A DNA stretch of 64,000 bases from Salpingoeca rosetta (taxonomy: Eukaryota; Protista; Choanoflagellata), in contig JAWQFM010000007.1 of NCBI GenBank assembly GCA_033442325.1, positions 1,940,521 through 2,004,520 of the forward strand, in the 5' to 3' direction. The notes under the pieces were generated by a model. It did no database searches. It saw only the letters and a list, made by a program, of their open reading frames with translations, and was not told the DNA's origin. Shown piece after piece: positions 12,909 to 33,053 of the stretch. Within the stretch, counting starts at the first letter, position 1, and each line of letters starts with the position of its first letter. The position numbers and the translations under genes were made by a program.

Positions 12909-13401
12909 GATGTCCAACTGCCGCCACTGTGCAAACCCCCTTCAATCAATTCACGGTCACTGCACGTGTACGAAGCCCAGCGTCAGTTTCTTTCAGCGAA
13001 CGTGAATGTGTGTGTATGCATGTAGGTGTGTATGCGTGTACGTGTATGTGTGTGCATGTACGTGTTTACGAGGAGTTGCGTGCATTCCAGGGCTTGCAAG
13101 GCATGGCAACTGCAGGCACTGCACACAGCTCCACACTGCCATCCACACCAATCACACCACCTGCCTGCTGTTGTTGTTTGTTGTTTTGTGTTTGCTCGCC
13201 CCGTTTGCGCCTGCCAACCAACAGAAATGTTGTTGGAAATATCGCCATTTCTCCACAACGCCTGTGAAGGTGTTGACGAAAGCTGTTTGCGTTGTGCAGA
13301 CTTTTCTACGACAACGACGATCAGGCAACCAGCAAGAGAAGGACGAGGAGAGTTGTGACGAGAGAGCAAGAAGCAAGCACAACAACCACCCACACGCGAT
13401 C

Positions 13402-15170
13402 ATGATGATGGCGGAGAAGCACCGCCAGCAGCACCAGCAGCACCAGCAGCACCAGCAGCACCAGCAGCACCAGCAGCACCAGCAGCACCAGCAGCACCAG
13501 CAGCACCAGCAGCACCAGCAGCGGTTTGCGCTGTCTGCACGAGCGGGTCGACAGCTGTTGGCAAATGGGCGGGCAGAGGCAGCCGTGCCATACCTGCAGC
13601 AGGCGCTGCGCTGCTTGCTTGATCCCGAAGAAGCGCCAAGAGCAGTGGCAGCATCATCCTCGCCGTCGTCAGGCACTTCCCCTTCCCGCGCCAACAACAA
13701 CAACAACAACATTGACAAGAACGCGACGAGCGGCAACTCCGCCTCAGAGGACGAGCAAACGTGGGCAGACCAAGTGGCAGTTCCGAGACGCTGGACGGAG
13801 CACGAGGCAAACAAGCAGTCACCAGGTCATGGTCCCACCACCAACAGCAGCACTGCAGTGACGGAGCACGATCTTGATCAAGCAGAAAGTCAAGAGGGCG
13901 GAAACAAAGGCGATGGCAGCAGGAAACCCCAAAAGCGGGAAAAAAGGTCGTCAAAGAAGCGATCCAAACGAAGGTGGACAGGGACACTCAGGAGGCTGAG
14001 CCACGGGAGCCACGGCAGCCACGGCAGCCATGACAGCCACAACAGCAGCAGGGGCAGCAGCAAAGCCAGCATCGACAACGACAAAGATAACATTGCCGCC
14101 TCTGTGGAAGATGGCACAGCCACCACAGCTGCAGGATCTCAAGAGCTGCAAGAGCTTGGACTGCATCGGCTCCTTGGACAGAGCTTCCTCGCGCTCGGCA
14201 ACCCGCAGATGGCAGGGCAGCACCACGAAGCGGAGCTGAGGATTGCAAAGGAGATGAACGACCCGCTGCGCACGGCGCTGGCGTACGGGAACATGGGCAG
14301 CGTGTTCGCGTGCCTGCGATCGCTCAACGAGGGCATCAAGTGCTTTGAGAAGCAGCTGCAGATTGGTGAGCTGCTGAAGCACAAGCGACTGCAGCTGCTG
14401 GCCACAGAGAGCCTCGGCAACGCATACCGCCAGGCGTGCCTGTCCACGGACGAGGCGGATCTGCAAGCGACGTACCTTCGTCAAGCAGAGGCGTATCTCG
14501 GGCGAGCCGCGGTGCTTGCACGCAAGGAAGGGCGGCACGCGCAGCTGGCGAAGATCTACGGCCGACTTGCCTCGCTCTGCGAACAGGCGCACGCGCTTGA
14601 TCGCGCCGAGCACTGGCACAAGAAGCGGCTGCTGCTTGCCGAGCAGCGCAAGGACAAGGCCCTCATGTCCCGCACCCTGTGCAACCTGGGCAACGTGTAC
14701 CGTGCTGAGGACAACCTCGCCCGTGCGCTGCGCTGCTACAAGCGCGACATCAAGCTGTGCAGGAAGGCCGGTGATCGGCGCGGCTTGGCCATCACATACT
14801 ACAACATGGGCACGTGCTATCAGGCAGCTGGCGACGCAGACAACACGCTGGCATCCCTCCGCCACCACCTGGCCCTAGCGCGGGAAATTGGGGACGAGGA
14901 GCAGCAGAAGGCATCCCACGTGCGGCTGGGGCACGTGTGCTGCGCGGCCGGCGACTACGAGACGAGTCTGCAGCACTTTCACGAAGCAGAGCGCATGGCT
15001 GGTGCCACCGGGGACGCGCGTGTGTCGCAGCTTGCCAGCGATGGCATTGCGGACGTGACTGCACAGATTGATGCGGGCAGGAAGCGGCTCACGTCCAAGG
15101 AGGTGGCAGCACGGTTGGCGCAGGTGCCCGAGGACCAGGCGCCAACCATGCACAAGAGGTGTGTGTGTGT

Positions 15171-15264
<94 letters not shown>

Positions 15265-16989
15265 GTGTTTGTGTGTGTCTGTATGTTTGTGTATGTTTGT
15301 GTGTGTACTTGTCTGTGTGTCTGTGCGTGTTTGCCTGCTTGTTTTCCTGTGTACTTATGTGCACTTGTTTGGTTCCTCGTGTTCATCCTCCCCTCTTCCC
15401 CCTCGCCTACCATCCCCTCCCCCACCTCTCACGCACGCTGACTCATGATGGCTGCCAGGACGATTCGAGGCACCATCTCTTCGCGTCTGCGCCGCCGCCG
15501 CCCCAGCATCGCTGCGCCCGCCGCCGATTTCACCACCGCAGGGCCCATCACCGCACGTGCGTACACGGCAGTGTCGTGGTGGCACGCTGCTGCTGGTGGT
15601 GGTGGTGGGGGAGATGTAATGGTCGTGTGTTAATGTTATTGGTGGTGCTTGTGGTGTGATGCAAAGTGCAGTCGGGGGAGGGTTGCGCATGTGTTGTAAA
15701 GGCGCCATGCATGCTTTGATGCAGCGAAGCAAGCACGCTTTGAGTCGCTGTGTGAGTGTGCATTCGCCGGGTTCTCGTTTGTCAGCTTGCTTACCCACCA
15801 CCCACACCAATGCCTTGCTCCCACTAACACGCTCACGCGCACACACTTGCACACACACACATGTGCACACACACACACACACTTGCACACTTGCACACAC
15901 ACACACACGCACGCACGCACACACACACGCACACGCACACACACACACACACGCACGCACACACACGCACTTGCACACACCATCGCAGGTGCTCCTGCCC
16001 AGTCCTCAGTACAACAACAACCACCACCGGCAGCGTCGTCGTCGTCGTCCGTGCTCGTGCCGCCAGACGATCCAGGCATGTGCATATCCCCCGCCCCGTC
16101 CGCTGTCACAACAACAACAACGACGACGACGACGACGACAGCGTTCACCTCTGCCGCAACATCGCCCACGCCATCTACCGCCACGCTGACGACAACACCC
16201 GCCGCGTCCACGGCAACGACAGCACCGCCGGCCGCCGACAGCACCAGCGAGCCTGTCCGCCTGCGCGGGGCGAGCGCGCGCGTGAAGAAGCGGCTGTCAC
16301 AGATGTTTCTTCGCCGTGGCGATGCTGCCCTGTATCTTCCCAGCCGCGCCTCCACCCTCGGCCCCGACGCAATCGCCGCCACCGCCAACACTGCCACCAC
16401 TGCCACCGCCACGGCGAGCAGCAGCAGCAGCGGGGGCGATGGAGGCACATATGAGGCTGGGATTGAGCTGGATGACCTACGTGTGGGCGGCGGCGATGTA
16501 ATTGATTTGGAGGAGTTGGCACTGGCGCTTGCGCAGCTCGACGGGAGCATTGCTGCCGGGGACAAGAACACGGGCGGTGGTGTTGGCGGCGGGGTGGTGG
16601 GGGATGATGCAGGACAGCACGCGCACACACAGCGGCACAGCGCACCTAACAGTGGCGAGAGGGGTGAGGGGAATGATGACGACGATGATGATGATGATGA
16701 CATTGATGATGGTGACGACATTGATGGTGCCGATGCCAGTGATGGGCGAATGGGCGTGGATCCAGCCCACCGTGCAAAGAGCCAGCAGTTGTTGGCGGCA
16801 CTGACACGCCTTGAATCGTCCTATGGCCAAGCAGACAACGATGACAATGGTAACAATGGTGATGGTGATGATGGTGGGATTGTTGTTCGACGGCGGCGAC
16901 GCGGCACGCTGACACGCGAGAACCGAGCAGCAAAGACAAAGTCGTACCAGCTGCACGACTACGGACTGCAGGATGAGCTCAGCATCTGA
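13402..16989 (+). CDS. TPR protein of GPSM/LGN- or TTC28-like repeat type with low-complexity C-terminal tail
   Basis: Exons 13402-15158, 15459-15556 and 15989-16989 join in frame. ~40-aa TPRs: [58 protein letters not shown]. No clear GoLoco motif. Confidence 0.75.
13427..13520 (+). repeat. 9-bp coding tandem repeat (CAGCAGCAC)n encoding (QQH)n
   Basis: About 10 exact copies near the TPR gene start. Confidence 0.9.
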
Positions 16990-17407
16990 TGCGGTGTGAG
17001 GTGGTGTTGAATGGGATGTGCTGCGACATGTGGTGGGGTGCGTGGCGTGATGCCACGTGGTTTGATGTGATGTGGTGCACCATCAAGCCGTTACTAGAGG
17101 GCGTGATTGTTGGGGGGTGGCTGCACCTTGTCCACCAACATGCGGCGGTCGTTACTCAACTTCTAGCCTGTGTATATTATGTCATGTTATGGACTTTGTG
17201 TATATATACAACTGTGACAGCATGTGACGATTCAGGCTGTCGTGTTGTGGTGTTGTGCTCACCGTTGCTTGCTATTTGCTTCGTTTTGTGCAAACCAACA
17301 TGTCATCCGTAAACTTATGCCGTCACTTCCCATGTATGCCTTGAGGGGTTCTTTTGTGTATTCTTTTCTTCTTCACGCATGTGTGAAACTATCTCTCCTC
17401 ATACACA

Positions 17408-17470
<63 letters not shown>

Positions 17471-17893
17471 CCCACTTCGACGCGTGCGAACAATGTCGGG
17501 AGATAACAGATCAATCGAATACAACAGGCTGAGGCAAAGCAATTGTCAACATCGAAAGAGCAGGCAGACCACCAAAGAAAGACCACACAAAACCAACACC
17601 ACCTTGAGCATGTGTCACTGAAAAAAAGAGCACATCTGTCTCCATGAGGCGACGGAACGTGACATGATACCCACACTTTCACACATACGCTTCCACACAG
17701 CGGTGCGGCCGTCGACAGAGAGAAGGAAGTGCGGTGCATAGGGTAGCGCACACGCACCCACATGTACACGTACACACACACACACACGTACACACAACGA
17801 GACAACATAACGCAACACTCAATACGCAACACACAACACACAAACACAACGCATGCGGACAGCTGTACACCATCACACGTCTCCTATCTCTGT

Positions 17894-18795
17894 TCAACGG
17901 CGGCGGCGGCGGCGCTGCTGCTGCTTGTTTTTCTTCTCGCGCTTGCGCTGCTTTGCGATGTTATCTGCCTTCTTCTTCCGCAACAGGCCTGCACGGTACT
18001 TCTTCAGTTGTGTCTGCATGGCGCCGAACGACGGTACCAATACGAAAGCGCAACGAGTGGTGAGACGAAGACATTGCAAAAGAGAACAGGCTGGACGGTG
18101 ATGGGTGCAAAGTACGCACAATCACACATGACACATGACACATCACAGATCATGCACACACGCACACGCACACGCACACGCACACGCACACGCACACGCA
18201 CACACACACACAAGCACACAAACACACAAACTCACACACACAAGCACACAAACAAAAACACACGCACGCACACACAACACGCACGCACGCACACACAATC
18301 ACTTACCCTTGACATGCCGCTGGGCTCACTGTCCTTCTTGCCGCTCTTCTTGTCTGTCGTGCTAATATCCATTGCGCTGTCTTCCTTCTCAGCATCCTTG
18401 CTCGATGCCTCGGCTGTGTCTTTGGTGGTTGTTGTGTTGGTGTTGCTGGCGTCCTGCGCGGCGCTCTCCGCAACCTTGGTGGCAGCGGCAGCATCGCTTG
18501 CCGTTTGATCGACTGCACACATGTGTGGTAGAATGGAGCATCGCGTGAGCGCAACGCCGATGGTGGCCACGACTCGCCAGGCTGCACAACATGATGAAGT
18601 ATTACCACGGACATTGAAGGCAACCTCCGAACTCACCGGTGTCTGCCTCTGTCTTCATCTCATCCTTGATTGTAGCTGTGTGAACAGCAAGGTGAAACAG
18701 AGGACGCTCGTCAGTCAAGGGGGAGGGGGCCTCAAGCGTTTGCACATGCACAGGCAAGCGCATATGCACGCGTGCACATGCACATGCGTTGTGTC

Positions 18796-18851
<56 letters not shown>

Positions 18852-18873
18852 TGAAATACGTGCACACACAAAA

Positions 18874-18916
<43 letters not shown>

Positions 18917-19108
18917 TGAAATACGTGCACACACAAAACCACACACGCACACGCACATAATACCCACGCAATGATCGCATACAGTGATCGCAGGCACACG
19001 ATGCGCGACCACCATACCTTGGAGCGCAGCTTGTTGCTTTGCCTTGATCTTCTGTCGCTTGATTGTGCGGAACTTCCGCTTGATCTTGGACCGAATCGAC
19101 TTTGCCAT
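17894..19108 (-). CDS. LLPH: Protein LLP homolog (LLPH/LAPS18 family), small basic protein
   Basis: N-terminus MAKSIRSKIKRKFRTIKR matches the family signature MAKSLRSKWKRKMRA. Exons 19108-19018, 18675-18637, 18512-18307 and 18013-17894 are phase-consistent; K/R-rich C-terminus. Confidence 0.85.
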
Positions 19109-19822
19109 CGCGCTTGCTTGCTTTGTTCGCTTGCTTTGCTCGCCGTGTATTGGATGCCGCAAAACCACGTGGAACAGATACGCAATTTATGGTGTCGCTT
19201 GCGACTTTGTTTGATGATTGACGCTCGATTTTGGTTGCGATGTGATGATGTGATTGTGATGTGTACAAATCGCTCTTTCCTTTAGTCCTTTTGATCTATC
19301 AGCTTCTGTCAATCGTCCTTGTTGTAGTAGTGAAAGTCCCCGTGATACTCCGCCACACACGCAGCATACGCACACAGAAGAACCAACAAACACAAACAGG
19401 GAGACACAGAAAAGCAGAAATCAGCACAAAGCATCGCTGAAGACGTTGCATATTTGCCGTTGCATTGAGGGGAAGCAGGGAAGCAGGAAAGCTGCTTCGT
19501 ACAAGTGTCGAGAACTTGCTTGATCGCACAAACAAGCGACTCAAGTGATGTAACATAACTCACCCAAGGAACCAGAGCGATCGAAAGCAGCGATTGTACA
19601 TACACCCCAAGTCAATGAGCAGAGACAGACCCCCCAAATGCACACATATCCATCCACACACGCACATGTCAGCATGTATGTAGACTCGCACACACCCACA
19701 CGTGCAGACGTGCAAAAACATACCATCCACACACCCACACCCACACACATGAACGACTACAACACGCACGCACGCACACACACGCACAAACACACACACA
19801 CACACATTGCAAGTGCACAACA

Positions 19823-22800
19823 CTACGCGACACTCGCTTCGACTGCATGGAGCGAGGTGGTGGTCGAGCGTGTGCGGCCGCGGCGTCTGGCACTGAGTGC
19901 GCGCTGCAGCACGACAGCGGATATGGAAGGTGATGGTGCGGGCCACCCTTCGGAGAACGTGACCGGGTCTGTTGCAGGAAGGGACGTCGTGCCATTCCTG
20001 ATCAACGCAGACACCTGCCGGCGACGCCGCAGCATGCGCCGCGTAGCACGAAGGGTCACTTTGCCTGTTGGGCTCAGTCTCCTTCCGCCTGGTGATGCCA
20101 CCGTGCTCTGCTCCTGTGCGCTGGCGGGCACAGCTGCTGTAGTTGATGTTGGTGGCAGCGATTCAATAAACAGTGCAACCTCGTCGTCCTGTTCGTCAGA
20201 CAGCACGCCCGCCAACGCGTGCTCGGCAACCACATCAACCACGTCCACGGGAATGCCGCGGAGGAAGCTCTCTGCACCCAACTCGCCCCGGTGATACGCC
20301 AAGCACTTGTGCACACACAGCTCAACGCAGCTGGCATCAGGTGCCAACGCTTGCCCCGCGTGCTGCTTCAGCAGCTCCCGGTACACTCGCAACGATGCCT
20401 CGCACGCCGGCTGATCAAGGTTACACGTGTCAGGGCTGTTAAAGCCAAACCGCAGCAGGGCGTCCACGTACTCGCACACGGGTGCACGCTCGTTGCAAAA
20501 ATCAAACGGCGTGTCGGTGCTGTCACTGAGCTGCTGATTTTGGCTGTTTGCTGCCCCAGCGTCTCCTTGTTTACAAGAGATGTTGCCCTTACTCTCCACT
20601 GCTTCAGGCAACAAGTGTGGCTGATGTGGTGCGTAGCTGCCAGCACGCCGGCGGTCGCCATCAAAGTCATTGCCGTTGGTATGCTGCACGCCACTGTCTT
20701 CACTATCAAGCAGCACGTCTTCACCATCATCATCACCATCATCATCACCATCACCATCACCATCACCATCACCATCATCATCATCATCATCATCATCGTT
20801 ATCACTGCCACTCTTACTGGCCCATCCATCCGAACCGTCGTCGTCACCGCAATCAGGCAGAGCGCCGCCAACACCGCCTGGAAACAGCGACCACGCAGGG
20901 GTTGTGTCCACGCCCACACCAGCCAACGTCAGCAGCGCGTGGCTGATGGTGGCTGTGACGAAGCGTGCGCCAACGTAGGCGCGCCCACGCGACAGGTTGG
21001 TGAAGGTGCGTGCGAGCAAGACAGCTTGCTCGTCGTCGCTCCGACACTGGCCATGCCGCGGGAACACAAGAAACGGGTTGCTGAGTAGAAATCCAAAGTA
21101 GCTCAGGTTGCCTGCGAGTGCAGCCATCCAGTTCTTCAGCGTGAACCCGCGGCGATCGCGGAGCGAGGTGTTGAGCTCTGGCAGCAACTTCCACGTGTTG
21201 ATCACAAAACTGCGCGTGTCAACGGCAGCAAAGTTGCTCACGTCTCGAGCGGCCATTGCACAGGCCATCGCCACCGCCTCCTCACCCAGCATCTTTGCTG
21301 CCGTATCCAACCAGCAGGTGCAAGCCTCGTCGCAGCTGGTGCAGCTGTGACAGCTCCTACAGCTCCCGCCCCTGCACACCTTGCTGAACGCCACCACCAG
21401 CTCTTGCTGCGTCATTTGCCACAAGTGTCTGGGGCGCTGCTGCCTTTGCTGCTGCCTTGGCTCTTGCTGCCCCAGCTCCTCTTGCTTGTCTTCCTTCTCC
21501 TGCCGCTGCGGCTGCCGCTGTGGCTGTTGGTCATACCGCCAACCGTTACACTCATGTTCGGCTCGCAGCACATCTGTGAGTGCAGACGTGCATCGCTCGT
21601 ACAGGAGATCAACAGATGCCTGCACCCGGAAAGGAATGGTGGCCTCGATGCATGTGCACACGTACAGGAGCTGCACCTCTGTCAGCCAGGGCGCGAGCAT
21701 GTCCATTGCAACCACGCAGCTCAGAAACTCGTTCAGGCCCTGTGCACCAATCTCGAACGGCAGCAGCTCCCCAGACGAGTGTCCGAAGAGGCGATAGCAC
21801 AACAGTTGTGCCCGTGCCCGTCTCTCACACAGGTCTTCTGCTGCTGCCGCCGCTTGGGCCATCGCGCAGTCACAGGAGGACGACCACACACAGTGCTGGT
21901 GGCGACTGTAACCACTGCTGTCATTTCCGCTGTCGTTGCCGCTGTCGTTGTTGCTGCCGTTGCTCCTGCGAGGGTTCTTCGCACCAGCCAAGCCCCAGCC
22001 TTTCTCATCGCCTTTGCCCTCCTTGCCACGAGGGCTGCAGCCGCAAGAACAGTCGTCATCCTCGTGCCACCAAGAAAGCACCTCTGCTGCGCCTGTGGGT
22101 AAGACTGGATCAGCACGCGTGCAGCTGATGCCGGCAGCATCCACGGCACGCTCTCTGTGCTCACGTCGGGAATCCGTTGCAGCCTGCAGCGGCGGCGACG
22201 GGGCGGAGGGTGTCAACAGTGGTGATGATGTCGTGGACAGGGGCAAAGGGGAGGAGGGGGAAGGAGGGAAGAAGGAGAGGTCCGAGGCTTGAGTTGAGCT
22301 CGAGGCACAACTGGTGTTGCTGTCCATGCTGTTAAGCCTAGCGTGGCGGCGGTAGCGGCGGCGGCGACGGCAAGGCTGCCACGGGTGCTCGTACTCAACC
22401 AGAGTGTCGGCGAGGAGGGCAAGCTCACACGGGCGGCGCAGTGCCTCCCGTCGCTTGTCATACCGGCCTGTCGCATCCGCCATCAAGCGTGGGCTGTCGA
22501 CGATCTGCTGAACTTGGGGATCATGATGACCGGTCTCCTTGGTGATGTCGGTTGCAGTATCGGCGGCGTGGTTTTGGTCGCGCTTGCCCAAGCGCTCCTC
22601 ATCCTCGTCGGCCTCGTCTTCTCGTTCTTGTTCTTCTTGTTCTTGTTGTCGTTGTTGTTGCAGCGTGGTATCGTCCTGGCCGGCACCCTGCGCCTGCGAA
22701 CGCGCTGTTGCCTCCTCTGAGGGCAAAGGCAGGAGCCGTGCGCGGTGGAGGATAGGCAGAAAGCACGGTGCGATGCCATCGTCCACTTGAAGGTAGACCA

Positions 22801-23050
22801 CGTCGTGAAAGGCTGCTGCTAGGTATGCCAGTGGGTCTGAGGCGGCGTCCTCGGGGACAACCGCAAACACATGGTGTGACGAGTGGTACACGCGATGCGG
22901 CCCGCTCATGCTGACGACAATAAGACGCGCAAGCGTCTCGATGTGTTCGGGAGGTACCTGCGCCTCGAGTGCCGCAAACGCTTCGGTCATGCCGCTCACA
23001 AGCAGGGCCATGTGTCGCTTCGTGTCACCATCGTCCAGCTCTCGTTCCAT
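19823..23050 (-). CDS. Intronless ~1075-aa HD-superfamily (COG4339-like) putative metal-dependent phosphohydrolase with low-complexity insertions
   Basis: Uninterrupted ORF, first ATG at 23050 (the track start at 23137 is TTG). Motifs SMSGPHRVYHSSHH, LAAAFHDVVYLQVD, GLNEFLSCVVA, CIEATIPFR, AARDVSNFA, NTWKLLPELN. Confidence 0.75.
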   Translation of the reverse strand: MERELDDGDTKRHMALLVSGMTEAFAALEAQVPPEHIETLARLIVVSMSGPHRVYHSSHHVFAVVPEDAASDPLAYLAAAFHDVVYLQVDDGIAPCFLPILHRARLLPLPSEEATARSQAQGAGQDDTTLQQQRQQEQEEQEREDEADEDEERLGKRDQNHAADTATDITKETGHHDPQVQQIVDSPRLMADATGRYDKRREALRRPCELALLADTLVEYEHPWQPCRRRRRYRRHARLNSMDSNTSCASSSTQASDLSFFPPSPSSPLPLSTTSSPLLTPSAPSPPLQAATDSRREHRERAVDAAGISCTRADPVLPTGAAEVLSWWHEDDDCSCGCSPRGKEGKGDEKGWGLAGAKNPRRSNGSNNDSGNDSGNDSSGYSRHQHCVWSSSCDCAMAQAAAAAEDLCERRARAQLLCYRLFGHSSGELLPFEIGAQGLNEFLSCVVAMDMLAPWLTEVQLLYVCTCIEATIPFRVQASVDLLYERCTSALTDVLRAEHECNGWRYDQQPQRQPQRQEKEDKQEELGQQEPRQQQRQQRPRHLWQMTQQELVVAFSKVCRGGSCRSCHSCTSCDEACTCWLDTAAKMLGEEAVAMACAMAARDVSNFAAVDTRSFVINTWKLLPELNTSLRDRRGFTLKNWMAALAGNLSYFGFLLSNPFLVFPRHGQCRSDDEQAVLLARTFTNLSRGRAYVGARFVTATISHALLTLAGVGVDTTPAWSLFPGGVGGALPDCGDDDGSDGWASKSGSDNDDDDDDDDGDGDGDGDGDDDGDDDGEDVLLDSEDSGVQHTNGNDFDGDRRRAGSYAPHQPHLLPEAVESKGNISCKQGDAGAANSQNQQLSDSTDTPFDFCNERAPVCEYVDALLRFGFNSPDTCNLDQPACEASLRVYRELLKQHAGQALAPDASCVELCVHKCLAYHRGELGAESFLRGIPVDVVDVVAEHALAGVLSDEQDDEVALFIESLPPTSTTAAVPASAQEQSTVASPGGRRLSPTGKVTLRATRRMLRRRRQVSALIRNGTTSLPATDPVTFSEGWPAPSPSISAVVLQRALSARRRGRTRSTTTSLHAVEASVA

Positions 23051-23899
23051 GGCGTCGCTTGTGACTGTTGTCGTGCCGTGCAATCGGTGGCCCCCCGGTG
23101 ATGTGCTTGTTTTGTAGTTTGGTTGTCTTATTTCCAAACTTGAGCCGCGGTTGACTTGAGGGGTTTGGCTGACTCTTGCTGGTTGTGAGGACAGGGGAAT
23201 CGCAGTCTTGGGAGTTCGAGCGTTAAAGCGGTCTTTGGGGAGGGGGGTTGCTTACTCAAGAGCGTATAAGGGCACAACTCCAGAACTCCAGTCAATCTTT
23301 GAGTGAACGAAGAACGCCTGAACCAAATGTTGAAGATGATGCCGAGGCGGATCACACGAGCAGAAGGTGAGACGGGTGGTGAGGGAGATGTTGCGTGTGG
23401 TTTATGCAGGTGCTGATCGATGGATCGAAAGAAAGGAAGGGGATGAGTGATTTGACATGTGTAAATCAACAAGATGGTGGGGTAAATGACCTTTCGCACA
23501 CCAGCTGCACACCTGCCTGCATACCTGCTGCATGCTGTGTGCGATTAGTTGTTCGCGAATGTGGTGTCTGGTCTGACATCCCGATCTTGTTGTTCACTTC
23601 ATGTCAGTCATGCGCTCTGGTTGTTTGACAGCGGCAAAGCAGCCGCATCTTCGAAAAGGTTGTCGGTGCAGCCTGGTAGGGAGTGGGGAGGGAAAGGGTA
23701 GGGCGAGGTATCAGCTGTTCTGAGAAGTGGGCGAACTGCTCTCTTGGGATTCGCAGAAGCAGCCGACTTCTTGGAACACATCGCGTCATCAAGGCATTTA
23801 AAGTCGCGAGCTGTCAATTCGACTGTTGTTTGGCAACGCGATTTTTACTGAGTATCACCAAAGAAACAGCACAAGCAAGCATTGAAGATGTCAAACTCA

Positions 23900-31924
<8,025 letters not shown>

Positions 31925-31981
31925 CTTGCTTGCTGCACCTGCCGTTGTTGTTGCTGTCCTTCCAACAACGATTTTGTGCTG

Positions 31982-32025
<44 letters not shown>

Positions 32026-32738
32026 TATTTGGGGAAAACTCGCTGAAATCGTGTGTGTGTGTGTGTGTGTCTGTGTGTGTGTGTGTGTGTGTCTGTCTGT
32101 CTGTGTGTGTGTGTATGCTGTGTTGTGTTGTGTTCATGCACACCCACAACACCAACCTTATTCCCTTTCACGACAAGGAGGGGCTTTATGTAACAAAGAA
32201 CGACAGCAGTGAAAACAAAAGCGGAGGAAGAAGCAGGCACATGGACGATCGTCGTCACGTTGACACACGAGGTCAAGCAGCACAACCACACCCAAGTGCA
32301 CACGACACATTGCACATAGCACACAGCACACAGCACACGCACAAACTCACGCACACGCACGCACGCACGCACGCAAGCAAGCAAAACTCCAAAGCACCAG
32401 CAGCAAAAAGCGCTGAAGAACACAAAAAGATGAAGCAATGATGTGACAACCGGCCGGGTGTGTGCGTTGGTTGCATGTGGCGGAACACGCCAGCCAGCAA
32501 GCCAGCAAGCAAGCAAAAGAAGCAAGCAAAGGCTCCAACGGCAGACGACGCTAACAAACAAGCAACGGCGGCAGCAGCAGCAAACAGCAGCGAGATAAAA
32601 GAATGACGACAAGGGAAAGGAGGAACAGGAGGTCTGCAATTGAAAGTGTGACACGCGTGGCGTGTGTGACATGCGGGACATGTGCATGTGTTCGTGAGAG
32701 CGGGTGGGTGTGCAATGGGGAGACAGAGAGGGAGGGGA

Positions 32739-32962
32739 TCAGCGGGGACGGGTGTCGAGCTTGTCTTGTTGCTCCTGCTTGAGGCGTCGCATCTCCACAG
32801 GGTTGGACATGATCTGATCACGACAGTAGGGATGGATAGTGAAGGGCTGGTGAGAGAGAATATGGAATTTGGAAATGTCAACAAGGGAGAACGTGGCAAG
32901 CAAGGAATGAAGACATACAACAGTCGAGGAAACGCACTCACGTGTCGTTCCAATGACCATGC

Positions 32963-33013
<51 letters not shown>

Positions 33014-33015
33014 GC

Positions 33016-33053
<38 letters not shown>

